Source of the DNA: Rhodospirillales bacterium
GTDB lineage: Bacteria; Pseudomonadota; Alphaproteobacteria; Rhodospirillales; Casp-alpha2
NCBI GenBank assembly: GCA_013203955.1
Contig: JABMOY010000140.1
Coordinates: 1,362-65,361 of the forward strand
DNA: 64,000 nt
Direction of reading: 5' to 3'
In this document: positions 38,379-46,718 of the stretch, in pieces
Numbering within the stretch: the first letter of the stretch is position 1
How the letters are laid out: each line of letters begins with the position of its first letter
The notes under the pieces: model-generated
Databases searched by the model: none
What the model was told of the DNA's origin: nothing
The model's input: the letters and a program-made list of their open reading frames with translations, nothing else
Translations under genes and position numbers: made by a program

Positions 38379-39989
38379 TTAAAAGTCGTTTCGGGGGGGC
38401 GGGTCCAGTGTGCGCCGCCATAGGTCTAAGTCAACCGGCGCCATAATCTCATCGAAGGATACCGGCTGCGGTTCACTTGCCGTCTTCAAGGCGCCCTCCA
38501 AACTTTCCGCCGTCACCGGCGCCGCCGCCACCCCGTCGGGCATGATGTCGAGGGCGATGGCATGGCGGGGCAGCAACCGAAAAGACGGTACCCCGGCGAA
38601 TAGTCCTTCCAGCCCCGGCGTACCGGTGGCGTACAACACTGCCGAAATCCCGGCCTGTTGGGGGACGGTGTTAGCGGTGCGTTTCATGGCGCCCGTTTCC
38701 GGGAAGGCGAAGGGGTACATGGGATGGTCCTTGATCAGGAAGCGCCAGCCTTTTTCCGCCAGCGACCCGACGGCCGCCATCATTTCCCGAGTGACGCCGG
38801 GAATCGCCGACAGGGCGACGTAGACGGGACCTTCGGCGTCGAAATGGCCGCCTTCGGGTGCAGACAAGCGAAAGGCGCCACCGATGACGAGCCGGCTTTC
38901 CGGTATGCCCAACCGCGCCAGTTGGGACCGGTAGGCGGGGCCGTTGCAGATGATCGTATCCGGCAGGCTGTCCAGCCCGTCGGGGTTGCTGGCGGGGCTG
39001 AAATTAAACTGGTGCGGGCCGATTACAGCGTGCTGATAACCGGCGGTGCGCACCCCCAGGGTCCGGGCGGTGCGACAGAAGGCCCGTTCCCAGGCGTGAT
39101 TTTCCCACGGCCAGGCGACCACCCGGGGGTACGCCGAGCGCAGCCACCGGTTCTGGCAATGGATTTGCCAGCGGGTCATGGCCGGCCCGCCGCCGCCGTT
39201 TTCCCGGGCCGCCGCCCGCCTGACCAGCCAGCCGTAGGAACCGGCCAGGTCTTCCGGGCCGGGCCGCCAGCGGGTGAAAACCAGGGCCAGGGCGAAAAGC
39301 GGGTTGCCAAAAGCATGTAAGCTTCCGGTCCGCCCATCGCCTACCAGTGCCTTTGCCCGCCCGGCTCGGCAATCGGTGTGCAGCGCACGTGCCAGCGCCG
39401 GAATATCGCCCATCAGGCCGCCGAAATAGGCATCGTAACCATCCGCCGTGCTTGCGGGATGGCCGTAGGCCAGGATGGCCGATTGCGCCTGACCGAGGGT
39501 GCGCCGCTGGCCGGACAGCATTACGGATGAGGCCATGACCCGGACGGTGACGGCAAAGCGGGCCAACAGGCCACGCAGGAATAACCGAAGGCCAGGGAAC
39601 CAAAGCCCGGGCGACTTTCCAGGGTTAACCTCGGGAAGGACCGCCAATTGACGGAATAGCCACGGATCGTCGCAAACAACGAGGGTGGTTTGTCCCTCTT
39701 TCGCCAAACCGGCGACCAACCGGGACCAAGCCAGCATCAGGCCGAAATCCGAACCGTAGGATCCGGCTGTCGGCGTATGGGCTAGGCGCCCCCCCGGCAC
39801 GTTCCCCATGTGCCGGCCTAGCTCCTGCCAGGTGTCGCCGATGGCGCCGAAGGCTTCTTCTAGGCGCCGGGCCGCTTGGGGTAACGCCCTGGTCCGCGCT
39901 AAGGGGACATCGGTCCCAGAAACGGAAAGCCAGACGTCATAGCTTTGGGGGCCCGAAAGATCGCTTGATGTTCGTAACAAGACGGGCAC
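38379..39989 (-). CDS. Hypothetical protein (uncharacterised surface-carbohydrate biosynthesis protein)
   Basis: 536-aa ORF, the longest frame in this interval; the plus-strand ORFs here are shadows. Visibly GC- and Arg/Ala/Gly-rich. The block VVAWPWENHAWERAF...AGYQHAV...ICNGPAY and the C-terminal half suggest a Rossmann/GT-B-like domain, but I recognise no family securely. Confidence 0.5.
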   Translation of the reverse strand: MPVLLRTSSDLSGPQSYDVWLSVSGTDVPLARTRALPQAARRLEEAFGAIGDTWQELGRHMGNVPGGRLAHTPTAGSYGSDFGLMLAWSRLVAGLAKEGQTTLVVCDDPWLFRQLAVLPEVNPGKSPGLWFPGLRLFLRGLLARFAVTVRVMASSVMLSGQRRTLGQAQSAILAYGHPASTADGYDAYFGGLMGDIPALARALHTDCRAGRAKALVGDGRTGSLHAFGNPLFALALVFTRWRPGPEDLAGSYGWLVRRAAARENGGGGPAMTRWQIHCQNRWLRSAYPRVVAWPWENHAWERAFCRTARTLGVRTAGYQHAVIGPHQFNFSPASNPDGLDSLPDTIICNGPAYRSQLARLGIPESRLVIGGAFRLSAPEGGHFDAEGPVYVALSAIPGVTREMMAAVGSLAEKGWRFLIKDHPMYPFAFPETGAMKRTANTVPQQAGISAVLYATGTPGLEGLFAGVPSFRLLPRHAIALDIMPDGVAAAPVTAESLEGALKTASEPQPVSFDEIMAPVDLDLWRRTLDPPPRNDF

Positions 39990-40000
39990 GGGTTGCTGCT

Positions 40001-40927
40001 TTAAGCCCTTTCCGTCCCTGGCAGGCGGGGCAGGAGTAGAAGATTGACGGCGATTTCCGGCGGCTCCTCTTGCAAAGGCTGCAGTCTGAAATAGGGGTTC
40101 GCCGGGGTCGTTTCATAAGAAATCAGTACGTGATAATCGGGAAACGTCTCCGGGTACCATTGAAAAGATAAACCCGCTTGGGCTAGGCGAGCGCTGTGGG
40201 CTTCGATGATCATCACCGGGCGGTGCCGGCGGATGGTTGCCATGCCGCCTCGGATGACAAAGGGCTCGAAGCCTTCGGTGTCGATCTTGATGAAGGAAAC
40301 ACGGCTCTTCGGATTGGCTTCGGCCATTACATCATCGAGCCGGCGGACAGGAATGGTCCGCGCCTGGTAATCGGTAGGCCGTTTTTCGACGTGCACCGTT
40401 TTCAAGATCGAGCTGGTGCCTTCCATGCCGGGGCCGGCGACGTTGACGTTGATTTCTGCCTCGCCGGTTTCTTCGCCCAGCGCACAATGGAACAAGGTCA
40501 CGTTGTCGAGCCCGTTGAGCGCACAGTTGAGTGACGCTTGTTCGGCCATTTCCGCGACCGGCTCGAAAGCGTAGACATGGCCTTGGTGGGCGGCGCGGGC
40601 CAGGGCTGCCGTGTGTAGCCCGACATTGGCGCCGATGTCGATGGCCGTGTCTTCGGGTTTGACAAGGGACTGGATCAGGTAGGCAATTTCCGGCTCATAG
40701 GTCCCGGGGTCGAAGCGGACGATTTGATCCTGGGACGCTTCCAGGGCGAGGTACGTATCCGCTCTGGCCAAGTAGCGAGCGCCGTTCCTGTCGATGAAAT
40801 AATGGGAAACGTGAAGCGGGTTCTTCAGCCCCATGACGGTGGGTCGGTGGCGCAAGAAGCCGAACAGGCCGCCGATCAAGGCGCCCGGAAACGGCCGATC
40901 GAGAAGGGACAGGATAAATTTTTTCAT
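40001..40927 (-). CDS. FkbM-family methyltransferase
   Basis: 308 aa. AIDIGANVGLHTAALA and FIKIDTEGFEPFVIRG motifs. Confidence 0.85.
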   Translation of the reverse strand: MKKFILSLLDRPFPGALIGGLFGFLRHRPTVMGLKNPLHVSHYFIDRNGARYLARADTYLALEASQDQIVRFDPGTYEPEIAYLIQSLVKPEDTAIDIGANVGLHTAALARAAHQGHVYAFEPVAEMAEQASLNCALNGLDNVTLFHCALGEETGEAEINVNVAGPGMEGTSSILKTVHVEKRPTDYQARTIPVRRLDDVMAEANPKSRVSFIKIDTEGFEPFVIRGGMATIRRHRPVMIIEAHSARLAQAGLSFQWYPETFPDYHVLISYETTPANPYFRLQPLQEEPPEIAVNLLLLPRLPGTERA

Positions 40928-40951
40928 CGTCGGGTTCCTTCCAGGGCGGGC

Positions 40952-41875
40952 TTAGGGCTGTTCTGTCTCTCCGGGGATATCATAGCCGTCCCTAGCCGCC
41001 CAACCGAGCGCATGGTCTCGGCCCATCAAGGTGCCGCGGACGTCGCAGCCCCGGCATGGGGCCAAGGACCGATTGCCCTGGTTCAACTGCTCGCGGGCAG
41101 TGTTGAAGGCCGGCGACAACCAGATATCGAGAAAATCCTTCTCGTTCATGTTGCCGGCGACATATTTCTTGCCCCAGTCGTGAGAACACAGCAAAACGTC
41201 GCCCTGATAGTCCATGAAGAACATGTAGCTTGGGTAATAACAGGTTTCCGCAAGCGGTTCATCCAATCCGGGGCGGACGTATTCGGTGTTGGTCATCATG
41301 CCGCCCCGGTTGCTCATGGTAATGCCATAGTCCTGCTCCGGGGGAAGATAGCGGCGGCGAATGACGAATTGGTGATCTTCGAGCCCTTCGTCCTCGCACA
41401 TCTTCTGGAACTTATCCGCGTCTTCCGGGCCGTCGTAGATGCTGATCAACAGGGTCGAAATGCCGCTTTCGAACAACCGCCGCAGCACCGAAGTTGTCAG
41501 GACATCGCCGTTGGTGATTACCTCGATGCGGGCGTTGGGAAGAATTTTCTTGGTTAGCGCCAATTTCTCAAAAATCTTTTTGTCGAGCAGAGGTTCGACG
41601 AACCCGGAAAAAATGATGAGCCCGTCAAACCCGCAATCGGCCAATTGCGTCGCCAACTTTTCCAACAACTCGAATTTGATGAATTCCTTGATGTCGGGGA
41701 AGTCGGGGTCGCTGCGCGGACAAAAGGCGCAGGTCCGGTTGCAGGTGCCGGACTCGCTAATCTCGACAACACCCGGCAGGACCACGGCCTTGTCTGTTTC
41801 CTTGTAGCCGTCGGCGATAATCCGCTGTTTGCGGGGAATCGACGGATCAAGAAATACGGGCGGTGGAAGCGTCAT
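40952..41875 (-). CDS. Radical SAM protein with a SPASM/twitch-like C-terminal Cys cluster
   Basis: 307 aa. Canonical CNRTCAFC (C-x3-C-x2-C). C-terminal cysteines: CYYP...LLCSHDW...APCRGCDVRG. Confidence 0.8.
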   Translation of the reverse strand: MTLPPPVFLDPSIPRKQRIIADGYKETDKAVVLPGVVEISESGTCNRTCAFCPRSDPDFPDIKEFIKFELLEKLATQLADCGFDGLIIFSGFVEPLLDKKIFEKLALTKKILPNARIEVITNGDVLTTSVLRRLFESGISTLLISIYDGPEDADKFQKMCEDEGLEDHQFVIRRRYLPPEQDYGITMSNRGGMMTNTEYVRPGLDEPLAETCYYPSYMFFMDYQGDVLLCSHDWGKKYVAGNMNEKDFLDIWLSPAFNTAREQLNQGNRSLAPCRGCDVRGTLMGRDHALGWAARDGYDIPGETEQP

Positions 41876-41890
41876 CGTGCGCCAATCTCC

Positions 41891-42670
41891 TTAAAGCCAA
41901 TCGCCGCCGGTCAGCGGGACCATCTGGCCGGTGATGAAGCCGGCCCAGTTGGACATCAGGTAAACCATCAACGCCGCCGCTTCTTCGGGGTTGCCGCCGC
42001 GCTTAAGCGGCACCATGTCGGCTCGTTCCGCCATGTCCTTGTCTTTTTTGTCATGCCAGCGTTGATGAAAGCCGCTTTCGATAAAACCGAACCGTACACC
42101 GTTGACTAGGATATTGTCGGGCGCCCCTTCGCGGGCCAGCCCCTGGACCAAGCATTCGGTACCACGCTTGGCGATGGCATAAGGAAATGACTGGGCGCTG
42201 CCCCCGTGCAGCGCCGATTCGGTGCCGGTCAGCAAGATGCGCCCGCCAGTTTTCTGGCCATGCATGTGGGCCATGGCGGCGCGGGCAAGGTAAAAGGGCT
42301 GGTTGAGGTTGACGGCCATGTCCTTCTCCCAGTCGTCGGCCGGCATGTCCTGCCAATGGCCGCTGAAATGGATGCCGCCAGATAGCACCACCAAGGCGTC
42401 GATTCCGCCGGCCTTGTCTGCGAATTCATCGACCACAGCGACACAGTCGGCCTCGGACTCAAAAGTTTTTTTCAGGCGGATAATCCTCTCGTCTTCTCCC
42501 TCGAATTCCTTGGTTGAGCCATGGGCGCCGATCATACAATCGGACCCGTCCAGTAACATGGCGACAAGCGCGCGGCCGAGTCCGCCGCTGGCCCCGGTGA
42601 TCAGAATCCGCTGGCCCTTTTCGACGCTCGGAGTCCATTCTGGGCGGCTGAATGTGATTGTAACTGTCAT
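41891..42670 (-). CDS. Short-chain dehydrogenase/reductase (classical SDR)
   Basis: 259 aa. ILITGASGGLGRAL and YAIAKRG (YxxxK). Confidence 0.85.
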   Translation of the reverse strand: MTVTITFSRPEWTPSVEKGQRILITGASGGLGRALVAMLLDGSDCMIGAHGSTKEFEGEDERIIRLKKTFESEADCVAVVDEFADKAGGIDALVVLSGGIHFSGHWQDMPADDWEKDMAVNLNQPFYLARAAMAHMHGQKTGGRILLTGTESALHGGSAQSFPYAIAKRGTECLVQGLAREGAPDNILVNGVRFGFIESGFHQRWHDKKDKDMAERADMVPLKRGGNPEEAAALMVYLMSNWAGFITGQMVPLTGGDWL

Positions 42671-43476
42671 GTGTAAGCCTTTCTCAGCACCTGGGCGCTT
42701 TTTTCGATGTCGGCCAGGGGGTCGTCTTCGTTGGCCATTCGTTGTTCGATGGAGACATAGCCGTCATAGCCGATTTCGTGAAGAGCGGTTCCGAAAAATT
42801 CGTGGTCTATTTTGCCGCTCGTGCCCAAAACGTCCAGACCCGGTTCGTTGGCGTGGAAATGCACCAGCATCTCTTTGACGGCGTCAAAGGTCTCCTTCCT
42901 CGCTTCTTCGTTCTCGACCAGCGCCTTGGCGTCCAGCTGTACGCCAAGCGCCGGGCTATCGATTTCCTTAGCGATGGATAGACTATCGAGGGCCGAGTTT
43001 ATGAAGTCGCTGTCCTTAGGGCCTAGCGGTTCGAAACAGAAGCATGTGCCGTGGGGTTCGGTGCGTTTTGTCAACTCGCCGAAAAAAGCCACCGCCTCGG
43101 CCCGGGCCTCGGGTTCGGGCACCATGCCACGCTTACGCCCGCCGCCATATATAAGAGTCCGCCCGCCTAAGTCCCGGCAAACCTTTGATAGGTGCTCGAG
43201 GAAATCCAGGCTTTCGGCGCGTGCGGCCGGTTCTTTGAAAAGCCCCAAGGAGGGTTGATCAAAAAAAAGCGAATGCAAGCCGACAACGCCCAGCCCGGCA
43301 TCTTCAATTTGCCGCCGGTAATCGGCAACTTGGTCCGCCGTTAGGCCCTTCCAGGTATCTGGCCAAACCCGACTCGGTGCCACTTCGACGGCTTCAAGTC
43401 CCAGGTCCGAAAGCCGCCCAAGTTCCTGGCCGTGATCGAAAGCCGGGAGCGCGATGTTGGAAACGGCAAACCTCAC
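42667..43476 (-). CDS. Xylose-isomerase-like TIM-barrel protein (sugar phosphate isomerase/epimerase family)
   Basis: 269 aa. MRFAVSNIALP...LEAVEVAP N-terminus and the HFHANE metal-site pattern typical of the AP_endonuc_2 fold. Confidence 0.75.
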   Translation of the reverse strand: MRFAVSNIALPAFDHGQELGRLSDLGLEAVEVAPSRVWPDTWKGLTADQVADYRRQIEDAGLGVVGLHSLFFDQPSLGLFKEPAARAESLDFLEHLSKVCRDLGGRTLIYGGGRKRGMVPEPEARAEAVAFFGELTKRTEPHGTCFCFEPLGPKDSDFINSALDSLSIAKEIDSPALGVQLDAKALVENEEARKETFDAVKEMLVHFHANEPGLDVLGTSGKIDHEFFGTALHEIGYDGYVSIEQRMANEDDPLADIEKSAQVLRKAYT

Positions 43477-43479
43477 GCT

Positions 43480-44922
43480 TCAAGTCCGTCCGTAGATGTC
43501 ATCCAGCCTGACGATATCATCTTCACTCAAATAATCGCCGGATTGCACCTCGATCAGCCTGAGCGAGCTTTTTCCTTTGTTTTCCAGCCGGTGATCGGTG
43601 CCGAGAGGAATAAAGGTTGATTCGTTGACGTTGAGTTCAAAGGTCTTATCGCCGCGGGTGACGGTGGCGGTGCCTTCAACGACCACCCAATGTTCGGCGC
43701 GTTTTTCATGGCGTTGCAGGCTGAGCTTGGCGCCCGGGTTCAACATCAACTGCTTGGCTTGAAATTTCTCGCCGCTGTCGATGATTTGGTAATATCCCCA
43801 CGGTCGATAGACGCGACTGGCGGTTTCCGATTCGGTGCGGCCCTGATCCTTCAGCCAATCGGCGATGCGGCGAACGTCCTGGGCATGGTCCTTGCCGACC
43901 ACCAACACCGCGTCGTCGGTGGCGACGACGATGATGTCGTCCAAGCCGACAACGGCGACAAAAGGCTTTTCGCTATGGATGTAAGACCCCCGAACGGAAT
44001 CGGTCATGACGTCGCCGACAATGACGTTTCCGTTCTCGTCCTTTTCGCCGGCTTGCAGCAGCGCCGTCCAGGCACCGACATCGGACCAGCCCATATCCGC
44101 CGGAACGACGGCGGCAGCCTCGGTTTTTTCCATCACCGCATAGTCGATGGAAATGGAGACCGTTGATTTATACGCCGCTTCGTCCAAGCGGAAGAAATCA
44201 AGGTCACGTTTCCCACTGGCGACGGCCTGGCGGCAGGTCTCGACGATGGCCGAATGCGTCTTTTCCAGTTCTTTCAGATAGCGGTCCGCCTGGAACATGA
44301 ACATGCCCGAGTTCCAGGTGTAGCGCCCTTCGGCCAAATAGGCCTTCGCCGTTTCGGCGTCGGGCTTTTCGACGAAACGTTCAACCCGGAAACACCCATC
44401 TGTTCCTTTTATCGGTTCCCCCTGCAGGATATATCCGTAACCGGTTGCTGCCGACATTGGCGCAATGCCGAAGGTGACGAGATGGCCTTTGCGGGCTGCT
44501 TGTTCCGCAACCAGCACCGCGTCTTCGAAGCCCTTCTGGTCGGCGATCACATGATCGGACGGCAACACCATAAGGAGCGCGTCCGGATCATTTTCCAAGG
44601 CAATCAGGGCGGCCGCGGCAATGGCGGGCGCCGTATTGCGGCCCACCGGTTCTAAAACGATCGCTTCCGGCGACAGGCCTAAATCCCTGAACTGTTCGGC
44701 GACAAGAAAACGGTGGTCTTGGTTACAGACCACCAAGGGCGCACCGAAACCGTCACCGGAAACCCGCTTTACGGTTTCTTGAAACAGCGTGACGTCTGAA
44801 TGAATTTTCAAGAACTGTTTCGGGCGTGCCGAACGCGAAAGCGGCCACAGCCGGCTGCCGACGCCGCCGGAAAGGACTACGGGGGTTATGGCCCCGATTT
44901 TTTGGTCAGATGGGGGTGTCAT
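43480..44922 (-). CDS. manC: Mannose-1-phosphate guanylyltransferase / mannose-6-phosphate isomerase (type II PMI-GMP)
   Basis: 480 aa. VVLSGGVGSRLWPLSR nucleotidyltransferase motif, C-terminal cupin with RPWGYY and GTDHRLENKG, ending in DDIVRLDDIYGR. Confidence 0.92.
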   Translation of the reverse strand: MTPPSDQKIGAITPVVLSGGVGSRLWPLSRSARPKQFLKIHSDVTLFQETVKRVSGDGFGAPLVVCNQDHRFLVAEQFRDLGLSPEAIVLEPVGRNTAPAIAAAALIALENDPDALLMVLPSDHVIADQKGFEDAVLVAEQAARKGHLVTFGIAPMSAATGYGYILQGEPIKGTDGCFRVERFVEKPDAETAKAYLAEGRYTWNSGMFMFQADRYLKELEKTHSAIVETCRQAVASGKRDLDFFRLDEAAYKSTVSISIDYAVMEKTEAAAVVPADMGWSDVGAWTALLQAGEKDENGNVIVGDVMTDSVRGSYIHSEKPFVAVVGLDDIIVVATDDAVLVVGKDHAQDVRRIADWLKDQGRTESETASRVYRPWGYYQIIDSGEKFQAKQLMLNPGAKLSLQRHEKRAEHWVVVEGTATVTRGDKTFELNVNESTFIPLGTDHRLENKGKSSLRLIEVQSGDYLSEDDIVRLDDIYGRT

Positions 44923-44936
44923 GGTTGGATCGGTTT

Positions 44937-45455
44937 CTAGCCTTCGCGCGCACGGTTTAAAATTTCAAGGGCGACCGGGCGCAAGTCGGCAAGGTCCTGG
45001 CTGTTGTCGACGACCATATCCGGGGACCGGGGCGGGGAGAACTCCATATCGACGCCGACTACGTTTTTGACTTCACCGGCCAAGGCGGGCGCATAAAGGT
45101 TTTTTTGGTCGCGGGCATAAAGGGTTTCCATAGGCACTTTGACGTAAACCTCGAAATATTTGGAAAGAGTCTTGCGGTTTCTTTCCCGCAGCTCTTCGAA
45201 AGAGGAAATGGTGCAGCAAATAACGTTGATGCCCTGCCTGTCCAGCCAAACGCACAGGTCGCAATACCTTTCGGCGATATAGTGCCGACCTAGTTCCGTG
45301 TATGCGTTGTTTCCCGTGGATGATTTTAGAATATCGCGGATTTCATCGCCGTCGACGATTACCGTATTCTGCTCTTCCACAGTCCATAGTTCGTAAAGGT
45401 GGCGGCCGATGGTTGTTTTACCGGACGCCGATAAGCCCGTAAGCCAAATGATCAC
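44937..45455 (-). CDS. APS-kinase-like P-loop kinase (divergent CysC homologue)
   Basis: 172 aa with a GTG start at 45455 preceded by GGGGGA. P-loop IWLTGLSASGKTT and DGDEIR motif. The LGFS/ENIRR block of canonical APS kinases is not conserved. Confidence 0.65.
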   Translation of the reverse strand: MIIWLTGLSASGKTTIGRHLYELWTVEEQNTVIVDGDEIRDILKSSTGNNAYTELGRHYIAERYCDLCVWLDRQGINVICCTISSFEELRERNRKTLSKYFEVYVKVPMETLYARDQKNLYAPALAGEVKNVVGVDMEFSPPRSPDMVVDNSQDLADLRPVALEILNRAREG

Positions 45456-45466
45456 GTTATTTTCCC

Positions 45467-45481
45467 CCGGTGTGTTTCAAT
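45467..45481. repeat. Direct repeat copy 1 (CCGGTGTGTTTCAAT)
   Basis: Shares CCGG plus the exact 10-mer GTGTTTCAAT with 45549-45562. The copies bracket the 102-nt gap between the Fe-ADH and APS-kinase-like genes. Confidence 0.3.
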
Positions 45482-45548
45482 GGAAATCTGTTTCGCCAAA
45501 TTTTTTTTATTCGGCTTCAACGAACTGATGGGGGTGGTTAAAACAAAA

Positions 45549-45562
45549 CCGGGTGTTTCAAT
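45549..45562. repeat. Direct repeat copy 2 (CCGGGTGTTTCAAT)
   Basis: See copy 1. This copy overlaps the stop codon of the Fe-ADH gene (45558-45560). Confidence 0.3.
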
Positions 45563-46718
45563 TGTTGACGGCGGCATCCAGCTCGCTGGCTGGACAAAAA
45601 TAGTTCAGTGCAAGCCGGGCAATTCGTCGTGCAGCCTCTTCATCAACGCTGCGAATGTTGTTAGCGGCGCGGGAACGGGTGATGAGATTACCTTCAAGGG
45701 TATCTGCGACATCGGGCGTTACATACGCGGCGAGAAGCGGGCCGACGCCCAGTTCCCCGAACCATTTCTCCAGATGTTCCGGGATTTCATCGACGGAACA
45801 CTCGAGCCCCTCGGCGATAGGAAGAAGCCGGCTGGGGTCATCTTTCATGTTGTAGCGGGCGATTTCGGGCAAGGTGAAACTGCAGGCAAGGCCATGCGGA
45901 ACGTCGAAATGAGCGGTAAAGGGATAACTGATGGAATGGGCGGCGGCAGTCTGGGTCGTTCCCATGGTCAGGCCTGACAGAAGCGAGGCTATTTGTACCC
46001 GGCTTCTGAGTACGATGTCGTTTGGTTCTCTCATTGCCGCCAACAGATGGCGGCGGAGCGTACGGATGGCCTTTTCCGCCAGCGCATCCGTGACTTCCGT
46101 ATGGCGCCTGTTCCACACCGATTCCATGGCATGGCTAAGCGCGTCCAACCCCGTAGCAAGGGTCAGGTTTCCGGGCATGGAAACGCACAAAGCTGGGTCA
46201 AGAACGGCGTTGCTGGGATAGAGGCTCGTATGGGAAACCGAATGCTTGATCCTATCTTCCCCCCAGATGGTTCCCCAGCAGGTGACTTCCGACCCGGTGC
46301 CGGATGTCGTTGGCACCGCTATGATGGGTATTGGGGCAAAAGAGTCCGGTAGCGGTTCGCCATCCCTGAGATGGGTCATGAAGGGCCTAAGGTTGTTGCT
46401 CAGGGCCTTAAGGGCGACGGCGCCTTTGGCGGCGTCGATGACGCTGCCGCCGCCGAGGGCAACGACGGTATCGACATCCGGCAACTCATCTGCCAATCCG
46501 ACCACGGTCGGGACATCGGGGTTGCTACAGACGTTCGCCAGCAGCGCCCGGGGTGGGCCGCAACGGTTCTGGATTTTGCCGACTGCACCTCGCATCAGCC
46601 AGCCGGCGCTGGTAACCAGGACCCAGGACTTGCCATCCAGGAGGCCCGCCAGTGCCTCATCGAAGTCCTGGCCTTGGGCAACCACGGTCGGACAATGGAA
46701 GGGACGCTTTAGAACCAT
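45558..46718 (-). CDS. Iron-containing alcohol dehydrogenase (phosphonoacetaldehyde-reductase-like by context)
   Basis: 386 aa. VVALGGGSVIDAAKG and His-rich metal-site segments (LDALSHAMESVWN, AAAHSISYP). The start overlaps the upstream HEPD/MPnS-family gene by 10 nt. Confidence 0.8.
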   Translation of the reverse strand: MVLKRPFHCPTVVAQGQDFDEALAGLLDGKSWVLVTSAGWLMRGAVGKIQNRCGPPRALLANVCSNPDVPTVVGLADELPDVDTVVALGGGSVIDAAKGAVALKALSNNLRPFMTHLRDGEPLPDSFAPIPIIAVPTTSGTGSEVTCWGTIWGEDRIKHSVSHTSLYPSNAVLDPALCVSMPGNLTLATGLDALSHAMESVWNRRHTEVTDALAEKAIRTLRRHLLAAMREPNDIVLRSRVQIASLLSGLTMGTTQTAAAHSISYPFTAHFDVPHGLACSFTLPEIARYNMKDDPSRLLPIAEGLECSVDEIPEHLEKWFGELGVGPLLAAYVTPDVADTLEGNLITRSRAANNIRSVDEEAARRIARLALNYFCPASELDAAVNN

